In this document: positions 24,902-32,976 of the stretch, one piece after another | Layout: the number at the start of each line of letters is the position of its first letter | Numbering within the stretch: the stretch's first letter is position 1 | From: an uncultured Candidatus Saccharibacteria bacterium | Lineage (GTDB): Bacteria > Patescibacteriota > Doudnabacteria > UBA920 | Direction: 5' to 3' | DNA: 35,428 nt | NCBI GenBank assembly: GCA_964523855.1 | Contig: CAZGAF010000001.1 | Span: forward strand, 38,159-73,586 | The notes under the pieces: model-generated | Seen by the model: only the letters and a program-made list of their open reading frames with translations | Database searches by the model: none | What the model was told of the DNA's origin: nothing | Made by a program: the position numbers and the translations under genes

Positions 24902-25951
24902 TTAAGTTTTTATCTCAACCTCAGACTTTTTGGAGCTTAAAAATTCGTTTACTACCACAGTAACTGCGCTAACTAAAGGCACGGCTATTAAAAGCCCGAT
25001 TATTCCGGCTAATTTATAGCCTATTAGCAAAGCCAGTAAAACGGCTAAAGGTGAAGTGCCCACTGTCTTTTCCATTATTTTTGGAACCAAAACAAAGCCT
25101 TCGGTTTTTTGAATAAGTAAGTACATTAAACCAACAACTATAGCCAACGGTGGACTATAAATAAAAGCTATAATTACAGCAGGAACCGCGGACAAAAAAG
25201 GTCCAATGTAAGGCATAACCTCGAACAACCCGGCTAGTAAAGCCAACAATAAAGCATTAGCTAAAATAGGATTTCCACCCTCCCCTCTAAAAATAAGCCC
25301 CACTAAAACCAAACCGATTAGGGTTAAAACAAAAATAAAGAAACTCAAAATTACCTGCCCCAAAACCCACAGCCCCATTTTTCTTTGAATCTTTTCTAAA
25401 AGAGTCATGGTGAAATCGTGATGATGCTCCGGTAAAAGTGTCGCCACAAATTTCTTCATACCCTGCTCCTCCGCAACCAAATAAAAAGAAATAACTAAAA
25501 CTGTAATAAAAGTAAACACTCCGCTAAACACGCCAAAAGTGCTATTTACAACAGTTGTGGAGCCGTTATCAGAAATAAAATTCTTTATTGTGTCCGCTGA
25601 AATGAAATTCTCTATAACACCACTGCCAAAACGCGCGTTTAGTTGGGCTACATACTGGGGCAAGTTGGCTTGTAAAATTTTAAATTGCTCGACAACCGGT
25701 GGAATAACCAAATAAATAACCAACCCGGCCAAACCCAGAACCAACAAATACACGCCAAGCACGCTTACAGCTCTGGGAATTTTTCTTTCACTAAAATAGT
25801 CCACCATAGGGTCCATAGCAGAAGCCAGTATAAGAGCCAAAAGCAAAATAACAATAATATCTCGTATTACCCACAAAAAAGCCAAAGCAAGCCCTGCAAA
25901 AACAACTTTTAAAATTATTTGCGTTGAGCGGTCCAAGTCGTTAAATGTCAT
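24902..25951 (-). CDS. AI-2E family transporter (PerM/UPF0118)
   Basis: 349 aa, about 8 TM segments, with a conserved C-terminal layout including a ...PYIGPF... motif. Confidence 0.8.
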   Translation of the reverse strand: MTFNDLDRSTQIILKVVFAGLALAFLWVIRDIIVILLLALILASAMDPMVDYFSERKIPRAVSVLGVYLLVLGLAGLVIYLVIPPVVEQFKILQANLPQYVAQLNARFGSGVIENFISADTIKNFISDNGSTTVVNSTFGVFSGVFTFITVLVISFYLVAEEQGMKKFVATLLPEHHHDFTMTLLEKIQRKMGLWVLGQVILSFFIFVLTLIGLVLVGLIFRGEGGNPILANALLLALLAGLFEVMPYIGPFLSAVPAVIIAFIYSPPLAIVVGLMYLLIQKTEGFVLVPKIMEKTVGTSPLAVLLALLIGYKLAGIIGLLIAVPLVSAVTVVVNEFLSSKKSEVEIKT

Positions 25952-25993
25952 ATATTTCTAACCTTACTATTTATAAAAACTAAATCGCCTTTT

Positions 25994-26218
25994 TTATAAA
26001 GGCGATTGTTCTTCTAATGCCAAAAGTTTTTTTGCTTCTTCAATCCTAGCATCTAGTTTTTTAATTTCGTCAAAGCAGTAAGCTTTTATTTGCTCGCGTA
26101 AAAATTCAGTCAGACCGTTTGCTTTTAGGTCCCTAATTAGTATTTGCTTTATAGTTTCGTCCAAAGCAGACTGCTCCACCAAATAAATAATATTTTCTAT
26201 GTTTGCCTGATCTTGCAT
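25994..26218 (-). CDS. hypothetical small helical protein (74 aa)
   Basis: ORF with a hairpin at its 3' end. Its start overlaps the stop of an upstream 43-aa ORF (TAATG). Confidence 0.5.
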   Translation of the reverse strand: MQDQANIENIIYLVEQSALDETIKQILIRDLKANGLTEFLREQIKAYCFDEIKKLDARIEEAKKLLALEEQSPL

Positions 26219-26349
26219 TATTGTTTAGCCTCCACATTCACCCCCACTGCTTTTAAAAGTTCTAACAAACCTTCTCTTTTTTGAGTATCTTTCGCTAACT
26301 CTGCATTTACTGCTTCTAGTCTTGCTTCATAACCTTTTTCGGTTTCCAT
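26218..26349 (-). CDS. hypothetical micro-protein (43 aa; not in the ORF track)
   Basis: Hand translation: METEKGYEARLEAVNAELAKDTQKREGLLELLKAVGVNVEAKQ. It fills the nfo to 74-aa gap exactly and is stop/start coupled to the next ORF. Confidence 0.35.
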   Translation of the reverse strand: METEKGYEARLEAVNAELAKDTQKREGLLELLKAVGVNVEAKQ

Positions 26350-26353
26350 ATTT

Positions 26354-27244
26354 TTATATTTTCGCTCGTAATTTTTTTAAAATTTTAATATCTTCTTTGA
26401 CTTTATCATGCTCTGTTTCCAAAATCAAGGGGAAAAGATATCCTTTATCTTTAATCTTTAATCCTTTACTCCAAAATTCCAATAAACACTTAAAGCCTTT
26501 CTCCCCTATTTCCCCATCGCCAATATGCTCATGCCTGTCTTTCCTGCCTCCTAGCGGAATTTTAGAATCGTTAATGTGCGACATTTTAAGCCATTTAAGG
26601 CCAATGGCCTTTTCAAAACTTTTAAACATCTCGTTTGCGGCTTTAGGAGTTCTAAAATCATACCCGGCAGAAAAAGCATGCTGGGTATCAAAACAAATGC
26701 CGCCAAAAGACTTATATTTTAAAAGCGGCTCTGAAAGTTCGGCTAATTCCTCAAAAGTATCGCCAATTACCTCTCCCGAACCAGCAGCGATTTCCAGTAA
26801 AAATTTGGTGGTAACCTTTTTTACAGAAGATTCATATTTCTCCAATACCATTTTAAAACCCTCTTTAGCTTGCTTCATACCTTCTATTTGGCCCAAATCT
26901 TTGAAACTACCCAAGTGAGTCATAAGCAAACTTGCTCCGAGCTCGTTGGCTCTTTTCAGCTCTTCAGAAACTATAGATATCGAACCATGAAAAGTGGTTT
27001 TTTTTGCCGAACCAAAATTTACGATGTAAGGCGCATGCACAACAAAATCTAAGAATTCATATTTCTGCATTTCAAGTTTAAATTTTTCAACATCGGCTTC
27101 CACAATTTGAGGCGCCGGACCGCCCATAGGAGGACGGGTAAAAATTTGAAAAGTTTCGCATTCAAGTTCGGCCGCGTTTTTAGGCGCATTCCAAACCCCA
27201 CCCGCAGCAGATACATGACAGCCAATTTTAAACATATTGTCCAT
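26354..27244 (-). CDS. nfo: endonuclease IV (AP endonuclease family 2)
   Basis: 296 aa; IGCHVS...FQIFTRPP..., HAPYIVN and the Nfo-type H/D/E metal ligand pattern. Confidence 0.85.
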   Translation of the reverse strand: MDNMFKIGCHVSAAGGVWNAPKNAAELECETFQIFTRPPMGGPAPQIVEADVEKFKLEMQKYEFLDFVVHAPYIVNFGSAKKTTFHGSISIVSEELKRANELGASLLMTHLGSFKDLGQIEGMKQAKEGFKMVLEKYESSVKKVTTKFLLEIAAGSGEVIGDTFEELAELSEPLLKYKSFGGICFDTQHAFSAGYDFRTPKAANEMFKSFEKAIGLKWLKMSHINDSKIPLGGRKDRHEHIGDGEIGEKGFKCLLEFWSKGLKIKDKGYLFPLILETEHDKVKEDIKILKKLRAKI

Positions 27245-27695
27245 TTTCCAAATATATTGAAATATTTTTTTGAACCGCTTTTAAACTTTCCATCACGCGG
27301 CTTGTTAAATTAGGATTTAAATATTTTACCAATTCCGACTCCTTCACAAACTTAAAGTCCAACAACTCACTCTCTTGAACTTTTATTTGAGAAATAACAT
27401 CTTGCTCCAAAACACCTCCGTCAAAAATAAATTGCAAATTTTCTCCCTCGGCATTTTTTACGTAATCCACGCAAATGAGCCTAAACTTTTGGAGTTTTAA
27501 ACCCACCTCTTCCTCTACTTCTCTTATACAAGCAACATACGGCGACTCATTTTCCTCAACGCTGCCTCCGGGCAAAATCCAGCCCTCCTTGTAGTTAGGT
27601 TTTACCAACAATAGCTCGTGTTGGCTGTTGAACAAGAAAGCGCCCGAACCCATTCTCTTTTTAGCTAAAGAATTTAAATATGCTTCTCTGTCCAT
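27228..27695 (-). CDS. Nudix hydrolase
   Basis: GGSVEENESPYVACIREVEEEVG Nudix box. Confidence 0.8.
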   Translation of the reverse strand: MDREAYLNSLAKKRMGSGAFLFNSQHELLLVKPNYKEGWILPGGSVEENESPYVACIREVEEEVGLKLQKFRLICVDYVKNAEGENLQFIFDGGVLEQDVISQIKVQESELLDFKFVKESELVKYLNPNLTSRVMESLKAVQKNISIYLENGQYV

Positions 27696-27698
27696 AAT

Positions 27699-28967
27699 TT
27701 AAACTTTTAAAAGTTTTTTAAATACTTCGCTATTTTTATAAGGTCCGATTATTGCCAAAGACATTCTAGCGTTTTCAAAAAGTTCTTTGGCCACTTCTTG
27801 AATATCTTTTGCAGTCACCTTGTCTATGCGCTTAAAAACTTCTTCCGGATTTTCCACTTTTGGGAAAAAAGCATTTCTTTCCAAATACCAATCCAAGCGC
27901 ACCTGATTATCTTCCAAAGCCAACGTTGTCTTGCCCTTTATATATTCTTTGGCCTTTTTTATCTCCTTCTCCTCAACCGGCATGGCTTTTATTTTTCCAA
28001 GCTCTTCCAGAATAATTTTTACCGCTTCTTCAATTTTTGCAGTTTGAACCCCGGCTCTTATAGAAAACACACCCGTGTCCTGATAGTTGCCGTTAGAAGC
28101 ACTTACATAATAAGCCAGACCTCGCCTCTCCCTGACTTCCAAGAAAAGTCTGCTGGACATCCCACCGCCCAAAATTGCGGACAAAACGGAAATTGCCGCA
28201 TTTTTTTTATGACCATAACCAAAAGATTTAAAACCAAAAGACAAATGCGCTTGTTCGGTGGCTTTGTATTTTACTTCAAGTCTAGGCGAATCTTGCTTAT
28301 CCGTAACCTTTGCCCACTTCTGATGATTTTTTGACGGATAATTATGCCAATATTTTTTTACCAATTTATCAAATAACTTTTTGTCATACTTACCCGATAT
28401 GCCCAAAATCATATTGGGTGTCTGGTAATTCCTGTCTTTATACTTTAAAAACATCTCGCGCGTAAACGCGGTAACTGTTTCTTTACTTCCTGCTATGTCG
28501 CAGCCCAAAGCGTCTTTCGGCCACATGAGTTTCTCCAAAATGTTTTCAACTTCGTACATAGGGGTATCCTTGTACATGTTTATCTCTTCGACAATTACCC
28601 CCTTTTCCCGCTCCAATTCGTCCGGGTCCAGCAACGGGTGCTGAATCATATCTGTTAACACTTCAAAAATAAGTTCCAAATGTTTACTGGATGCTTTTAT
28701 AAAATACTGCGTGTGCTCCTTGCCTGTATTTGCATTCATTTCACCACCAATAGAGTCAATAAGAGAAGAAATGGCCAAAGCCGAAGGATATTTGCTTGTC
28801 CCCTTAAACAAAAAATGCTCCAAAAAGTGACTGATACCGTTCTCTTTTGGCGTTTCGCTTCTCGAACCGGTTTTCACAAAAAAATCCACCACCACACTTT
28901 CCGAATCGGAAGACGGCACTTCAACAATAATCAATTTATTTTTTAAAACTTTTTTCTTATGCTTCAT
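27699..28967 (-). CDS. M16-family (pitrilysin/insulinase-like) zinc peptidase
   Basis: HFLEHFLFKGT (HxxEH) motif; 422 aa. Confidence 0.88.
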   Translation of the reverse strand: MKHKKKVLKNKLIIVEVPSSDSESVVVDFFVKTGSRSETPKENGISHFLEHFLFKGTSKYPSALAISSLIDSIGGEMNANTGKEHTQYFIKASSKHLELIFEVLTDMIQHPLLDPDELEREKGVIVEEINMYKDTPMYEVENILEKLMWPKDALGCDIAGSKETVTAFTREMFLKYKDRNYQTPNMILGISGKYDKKLFDKLVKKYWHNYPSKNHQKWAKVTDKQDSPRLEVKYKATEQAHLSFGFKSFGYGHKKNAAISVLSAILGGGMSSRLFLEVRERRGLAYYVSASNGNYQDTGVFSIRAGVQTAKIEEAVKIILEELGKIKAMPVEEKEIKKAKEYIKGKTTLALEDNQVRLDWYLERNAFFPKVENPEEVFKRIDKVTAKDIQEVAKELFENARMSLAIIGPYKNSEVFKKLLKV

Positions 28968-28976
28968 AAATTTTCT

Positions 28977-30044
28977 TTAAAAAATGTTATCCTTTAATAC
29001 TGTCGAAACTTGTATAAACTTTTTAACTTTATTGTCTTCCAAATATACCAAATCTTCAATCCTCACACCACCTTTGTTGGGCACATACACCCCGGGCTCT
29101 ATACTAAATACCATTCCATTTTCTAAAATATCTTTTGACTTGGGAGAAAGGTTGGGCAATTCATGAATTTCTAAACCTGTCCCGTGTCCTAAACTATGTA
29201 TAAAATATTTATCCATACCTTTTTCCGCCAACACCTCAACCGATTTTAAATAAACCTTTTCTGCTTTTACATACGTGCCGCGGGCTCGCTCTAGGTCTAT
29301 ATATTCCATGGAATGTGTATAGGCCTTTTCTACTTGGTTGTAAGCAGCTTCCATTTTTTTGTCCGCTTTTTTTATAAATACAGTTCGAGTGAAATCACTA
29401 CAGTAATTTTTGTATTTAAAACCAAAGTCTAAAATTATAGTTTCCCCAGGTTTTAGTTTTTTATTTCCGGGCATGTGGTGAGGAATCGCTGCATTAGCCC
29501 CACTGGCCACAATAGGCGGAAAAGAAACATCTTCGCCTCCAAGTCTCAAACTAGTACTCTTAATAAACTCAGCCAGCTTAATTTCCGTCATACCTGGCTT
29601 TATAATCTCGTTTCTTAACAGCAAAAATACCTTTTCCACAATTTGCATAGACTTTTTTACCAAGCCCAATTCCTCTGTGTCTTTTACCCGCCTCATTTCA
29701 TCTACCCTGCTTCTTGCAGTCTGTATTTTGATTTTTGATTTTTGATTTTTTAATTTGTGTGTAAGATATTCTCCTTCACCATAAGTAAAATCGTAACCAA
29801 TATCTAATTTACTTTCACCCTGTAAGTAGGTGGAAATATTTTTTAGTCTGTCTACTCTTTTTGACCAAGTAATTTTTTCTAAACCACTGCCAAAAGCCAC
29901 AGTTTGTTTTTTAGTCACAAGTAAAAAATCTTCGGCGTGCAAACCTAAAGGCCGGCCTGTTAAGTAAAGCAAGTTTTCTTTTTTCTTAATCAGAACTGGG
30001 TTTTTTAAAGATTTTTGTAAAGTTTTTAAACGCTGATTGTACAT
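28977..30044 (-). CDS. M24-family Xaa-Pro aminopeptidase
   Basis: HSLGHGTGLEIHE, SIEPG and RIED metal-ligand motifs. Confidence 0.88.
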   Translation of the reverse strand: MYNQRLKTLQKSLKNPVLIKKKENLLYLTGRPLGLHAEDFLLVTKKQTVAFGSGLEKITWSKRVDRLKNISTYLQGESKLDIGYDFTYGEGEYLTHKLKNQKSKIKIQTARSRVDEMRRVKDTEELGLVKKSMQIVEKVFLLLRNEIIKPGMTEIKLAEFIKSTSLRLGGEDVSFPPIVASGANAAIPHHMPGNKKLKPGETIILDFGFKYKNYCSDFTRTVFIKKADKKMEAAYNQVEKAYTHSMEYIDLERARGTYVKAEKVYLKSVEVLAEKGMDKYFIHSLGHGTGLEIHELPNLSPKSKDILENGMVFSIEPGVYVPNKGGVRIEDLVYLEDNKVKKFIQVSTVLKDNIF

Positions 30045-30051
30045 GTGCCCA

Positions 30052-30101
30052 CTCTCCTCCTTTTAGGAGGAGTACTCTGCGAGGCAGAGGGAGGTGGTAA
30101 A
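30052..30101 (+). repeat. two-hairpin repeat element, copy 1
   Basis: CTCCTCC-tttta-GGAGGAG, then CTCTGC-gag-GCAGAG, then GGGAGGTGGTAAA. Confidence 0.8.
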
Positions 30102-30104
30102 GTT

Positions 30105-30458
30105 TTATGCTAAATTCTTTTTTATTTCTTCCACTACTCCATTTAAATTATTTAATACGTCTTTATTTTGAAATCTTATAATTTTGATATTTTGCAGGAC
30201 AATAAAATTGGTTCTTTTAAAATCCTTTTCCTGAGCATTTAAGCTATTGTGGCTTTCGCCATCTAACTCAATCCCCAAATGTTTTTCGTGGCAATAAAAA
30301 TCTATTATATAATAACCTACCCCATACTGCCTTCTAAATTTAACACCAAGCTTACTGCATTTTAGTTGGTTCCACAAAATAATTTCGGGCAAGCCCAAAT
30401 TATTTCTCAGCTCTTTTCTTCTTTGTTTATATTTCGGATTATTGAAAATGTAATCCAT
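30105..30458 (-). CDS. DUF559 (Vsr/restriction-endonuclease-like) domain protein
   Basis: 117 aa; LWNQLK...KFRRQYGVGYYIIDFYC....LGIELDG..H......D..R...L......IRF.N..V matches the DUF559 pattern. Confidence 0.82.
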   Translation of the reverse strand: MDYIFNNPKYKQRRKELRNNLGLPEIILWNQLKCSKLGVKFRRQYGVGYYIIDFYCHEKHLGIELDGESHNSLNAQEKDFKRTNFIVLQNIKIIRFQNKDVLNNLNGVVEEIKKNLA

Positions 30459-30467
30459 AAATATACT

Positions 30468-30517
30468 ACTACCACCTCCCCCTCGATGACTCGGGTACTC
30501 CTCCTAAAAGGAGGAGA
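30468..30517 (-). repeat. two-hairpin repeat element, copy 2 (inverted)
   Basis: The reverse complement reads TCTCCTCC-tttta-GGAGGAG, a third version of hairpin 2 (CCCGA-gtca-TCG(A)GGG), then GGAGGTGGTAGT. Confidence 0.75.
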
Positions 30518-30544
30518 ATATTGCACGCACCTGACAAAGTCCGG

Positions 30545-30597
30545 TTCTCCTCCTTTTAGGAGGAGTCCGTCGCGTTAGCGACGGGAGGTGGTAAAAA
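30545..30597 (+). repeat. two-hairpin repeat element, copy 3
   Basis: CTCCTCC-tttta-GGAGGAG, then CGTCGC-gtta-GCGACG, then GGGAGGTGGTAAA. Confidence 0.8.
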
Positions 30598-30611
30598 ATT
30601 AAGGCAAACAT

Positions 30612-31967
30612 TTATACCAACTGTTTTTCTATATACCCTTTGAGCTCCTCGATCTTCACCCGTTCCTGCTGTTTGGTGTCTCGATTTCTAACTGTCACAG
30701 CTCCATCGTTTAGACTATCAAAATCAACAGTTATGCAAAACGGCGTACCGATTTCGTCTTGGCTATAATAACGCTTGCCTACATTCCCCCTGTCGTCCCA
30801 AGCCACCATAAAATCTTTTCTTAAAGAATCGTAAATTTCCCTGGCTTTAGAAACCAACTCGGGTTTATTTTTCAAAAGAGGAAAAACCGCAGCTTTGTAC
30901 GGAGCAAGCTTGTTAGGTAATTTTAAAGTTATGTTCTCCGGGTCGCTGTCGTCATAAGCAGAAGTAAGTACGGCCAAAAAAGTACGGCTAACGCCCCATG
31001 TCGGCTCTACACAATGTGGTAAAACTTTTTCGCCAGTCTGTGGGTCGGTGTACTCCAAAGACTCACCAGACTTTTCTTGATGGTTTTTTAAATCGTAATC
31101 GGTTCTATACGCAAGCCCATAAAGTTCTTTTTGTCCAAATGGGAACTTAAATTCGGTATCTATGCTTCTCTTACTGTAGTGAGCCCTGTCTGCCTCAGGT
31201 ATTTCTACAAAAACAGCGTTCTCGAATATTCCAAGTTCTTTGCACCATTCTTTTTGCATTTCTAGCCAGTACTCAAACCACTTTTCCCATTCCCCAGGCC
31301 TGACGAAAAATTCTATTTCCATTTGTTCAAACTCGCGAGTCCTGAAAATAAAATTCCCTGGAGTAATTTCATTTCGAAAAGCTGGTCCAATTTGCGCAAT
31401 ACCAAAAGGCAACTGCTTTCGGGAAGTTCCTAGAATATTTTTAAAATTTACAAACATACCTTGGGCAGTTTCCGGTCTTAAATACACTTTGGAATTCTCA
31501 TCTTCAACAGGGCCTAAGTTTGTCTTAAACATCATGTTGAACTTTTTCGGCTCAGTTAGTTCGTTACCAGCAGGCGACTTTAAACCCATTTCTCTAACCT
31601 TTTCCACCATTTGTTCAAAAGTCATACCGGAAACTTGCACGCCGTTATCTTCGAGTAAGTGGTCGAGTCTAAAACGCTCGTGAGTTTTTTTATCTTCAAC
31701 TAAAGGATCGTTAAAAGTGTCCACATGTCCGGAAGCTTGCCAAACTTTTGGGTTCATAATCAAGGCCGCATCTACACCAACCACGTCGTCTCTTTGCTGT
31801 ACAAACTTTTTCCACCATAACTGTTTAATGTTATTTTTTAATTCCACTCCCAAAGGTCCATAGTCCCAACTATTGGCAAGTCCACCATAAATTTCACTCC
31901 CAGGAAAAACGAATCCGCGTCTTTTACACAGACTCACAATTTTATCCATCTTGTTATTTTCTTCCAT
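30612..31967 (-). CDS. glyQS: glycine--tRNA ligase (alpha2 type)
   Basis: IVSLCKRRGFVFPGSEIYGG N-terminal signature plus class II motifs. The start is uncertain: ATG at 31967 is used here, with alternatives at 32018 and 31949. Confidence 0.92.
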   Translation of the reverse strand: MEENNKMDKIVSLCKRRGFVFPGSEIYGGLANSWDYGPLGVELKNNIKQLWWKKFVQQRDDVVGVDAALIMNPKVWQASGHVDTFNDPLVEDKKTHERFRLDHLLEDNGVQVSGMTFEQMVEKVREMGLKSPAGNELTEPKKFNMMFKTNLGPVEDENSKVYLRPETAQGMFVNFKNILGTSRKQLPFGIAQIGPAFRNEITPGNFIFRTREFEQMEIEFFVRPGEWEKWFEYWLEMQKEWCKELGIFENAVFVEIPEADRAHYSKRSIDTEFKFPFGQKELYGLAYRTDYDLKNHQEKSGESLEYTDPQTGEKVLPHCVEPTWGVSRTFLAVLTSAYDDSDPENITLKLPNKLAPYKAAVFPLLKNKPELVSKAREIYDSLRKDFMVAWDDRGNVGKRYYSQDEIGTPFCITVDFDSLNDGAVTVRNRDTKQQERVKIEELKGYIEKQLV

Positions 31968-32095
31968 AACGTTTTCTTTATTAATAACCTTTAAATGCAA
32001 GCTCGTTTTACCGTTCACATAAAATTAATATCCAATATTATATCATAACCTCATAGTAGTAAAAAAGCAAAAACACTTCACTAAGGAGGAAGAAC

Positions 32096-32926
32096 TTGAA
32101 ACTCAGCGTGTTAGGATGCGGAGCCCCGGTGTCTCACTTGTCATATGTGAAAACACACAGCCCTTCTGCCTATCTTTTGGAGTGGGGCCATAGCGGAAAG
32201 CTCTTGTTGGAATGCAGCACTGGAATTCAGGACAGGCTAAAAAAACAAGGAGTAGACATTGCGGACATTACCGACATCTTTCTGTCTCACATACACACAG
32301 ACCACACGGGCGGCTTTCCCAGCCTCTACCAAGACTTGTGGCTAAATACCTTATGGGAAGAAAGCGAGGAGAGAAAAACAAGAACCTCAGCGCCCAGAAA
32401 CATATACGCGTCACGGCAAACACATCGCCACTTAAGGAAAATACTAGAGCTTCTCATGCCGGAAAGCAAAGGCCGGCTATACCCGTTCCCCAAGCTAACC
32501 TTTGTAAACATAATCGGCCGAAGCCGACTGGAACTCAACTGCGCCAAACTCAAAACTTTTCAGAACTTTCACGGAGGCGGTAAAGTACAAAGCCTTTCTC
32601 TGCGCGTGGAAGCCCCCGAAGGAGTTTTTGTGTATTCAGGCGACACCGGCATCTGCCCGGGCATAGAAGAAGCGTGCCAAGGCGCGGACATTTTCTTATG
32701 CGAAGCCTGCGCTATGACTGACGCAGAAATGCGAAGCCACGGACATTTAACTCCTAAAGAGGCTGGAAACATAGCCCGAATGGGTAAGGTTAAGAAACTG
32801 GTTTTAACTCACCTAGCAGCACCGAGGCTAAAGAGTCCGGAAGTTGTAATTCAAGAAGCTCTAAGTTCTGGCTTTGCGGGCAAAATTCAAATCGCCCGAG
32901 ACGGCGATACAATACTGCTGCCCTAG
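32096..32926 (+). CDS. MBL-fold metallo-hydrolase (RNase Z/BN-like)
   Basis: TTG start with AAGGAGG 6 nt upstream; HIHTDHTGG (HxHxDH), SGDTG, HGH and LTHL motifs. Clearly G+C-richer than its neighbours. Confidence 0.82.
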   Translation: MKLSVLGCGAPVSHLSYVKTHSPSAYLLEWGHSGKLLLECSTGIQDRLKKQGVDIADITDIFLSHIHTDHTGGFPSLYQDLWLNTLWEESEERKTRTSAPRNIYASRQTHRHLRKILELLMPESKGRLYPFPKLTFVNIIGRSRLELNCAKLKTFQNFHGGGKVQSLSLRVEAPEGVFVYSGDTGICPGIEEACQGADIFLCEACAMTDAEMRSHGHLTPKEAGNIARMGKVKKLVLTHLAAPRLKSPEVVIQEALSSGFAGKIQIARDGDTILLP

Positions 32927-32940
32927 CCATAACAACACCA

Positions 32941-32970
32941 AACCCGCGCCATAAAGCGCGGGCTTTTTTT
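32941..32970. terminator. intrinsic terminator between the MBL gene and tgt
   Basis: CCCGCGC-cataaa-GCGCGGG followed by CTTTTTTT. Confidence 0.75.
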
Positions 32971-32976
32971 AAAGCT

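Noticed and set aside
32212-32772. Alternative-frame and antisense ORFs (123, 75 and 67 aa) within the MBL hydrolase gene.
   Set aside because: They are Arg/Ser/Pro-rich translations typical of off-frame reading through a G+C-richer gene. The main frame carries the HxHxDH motif.
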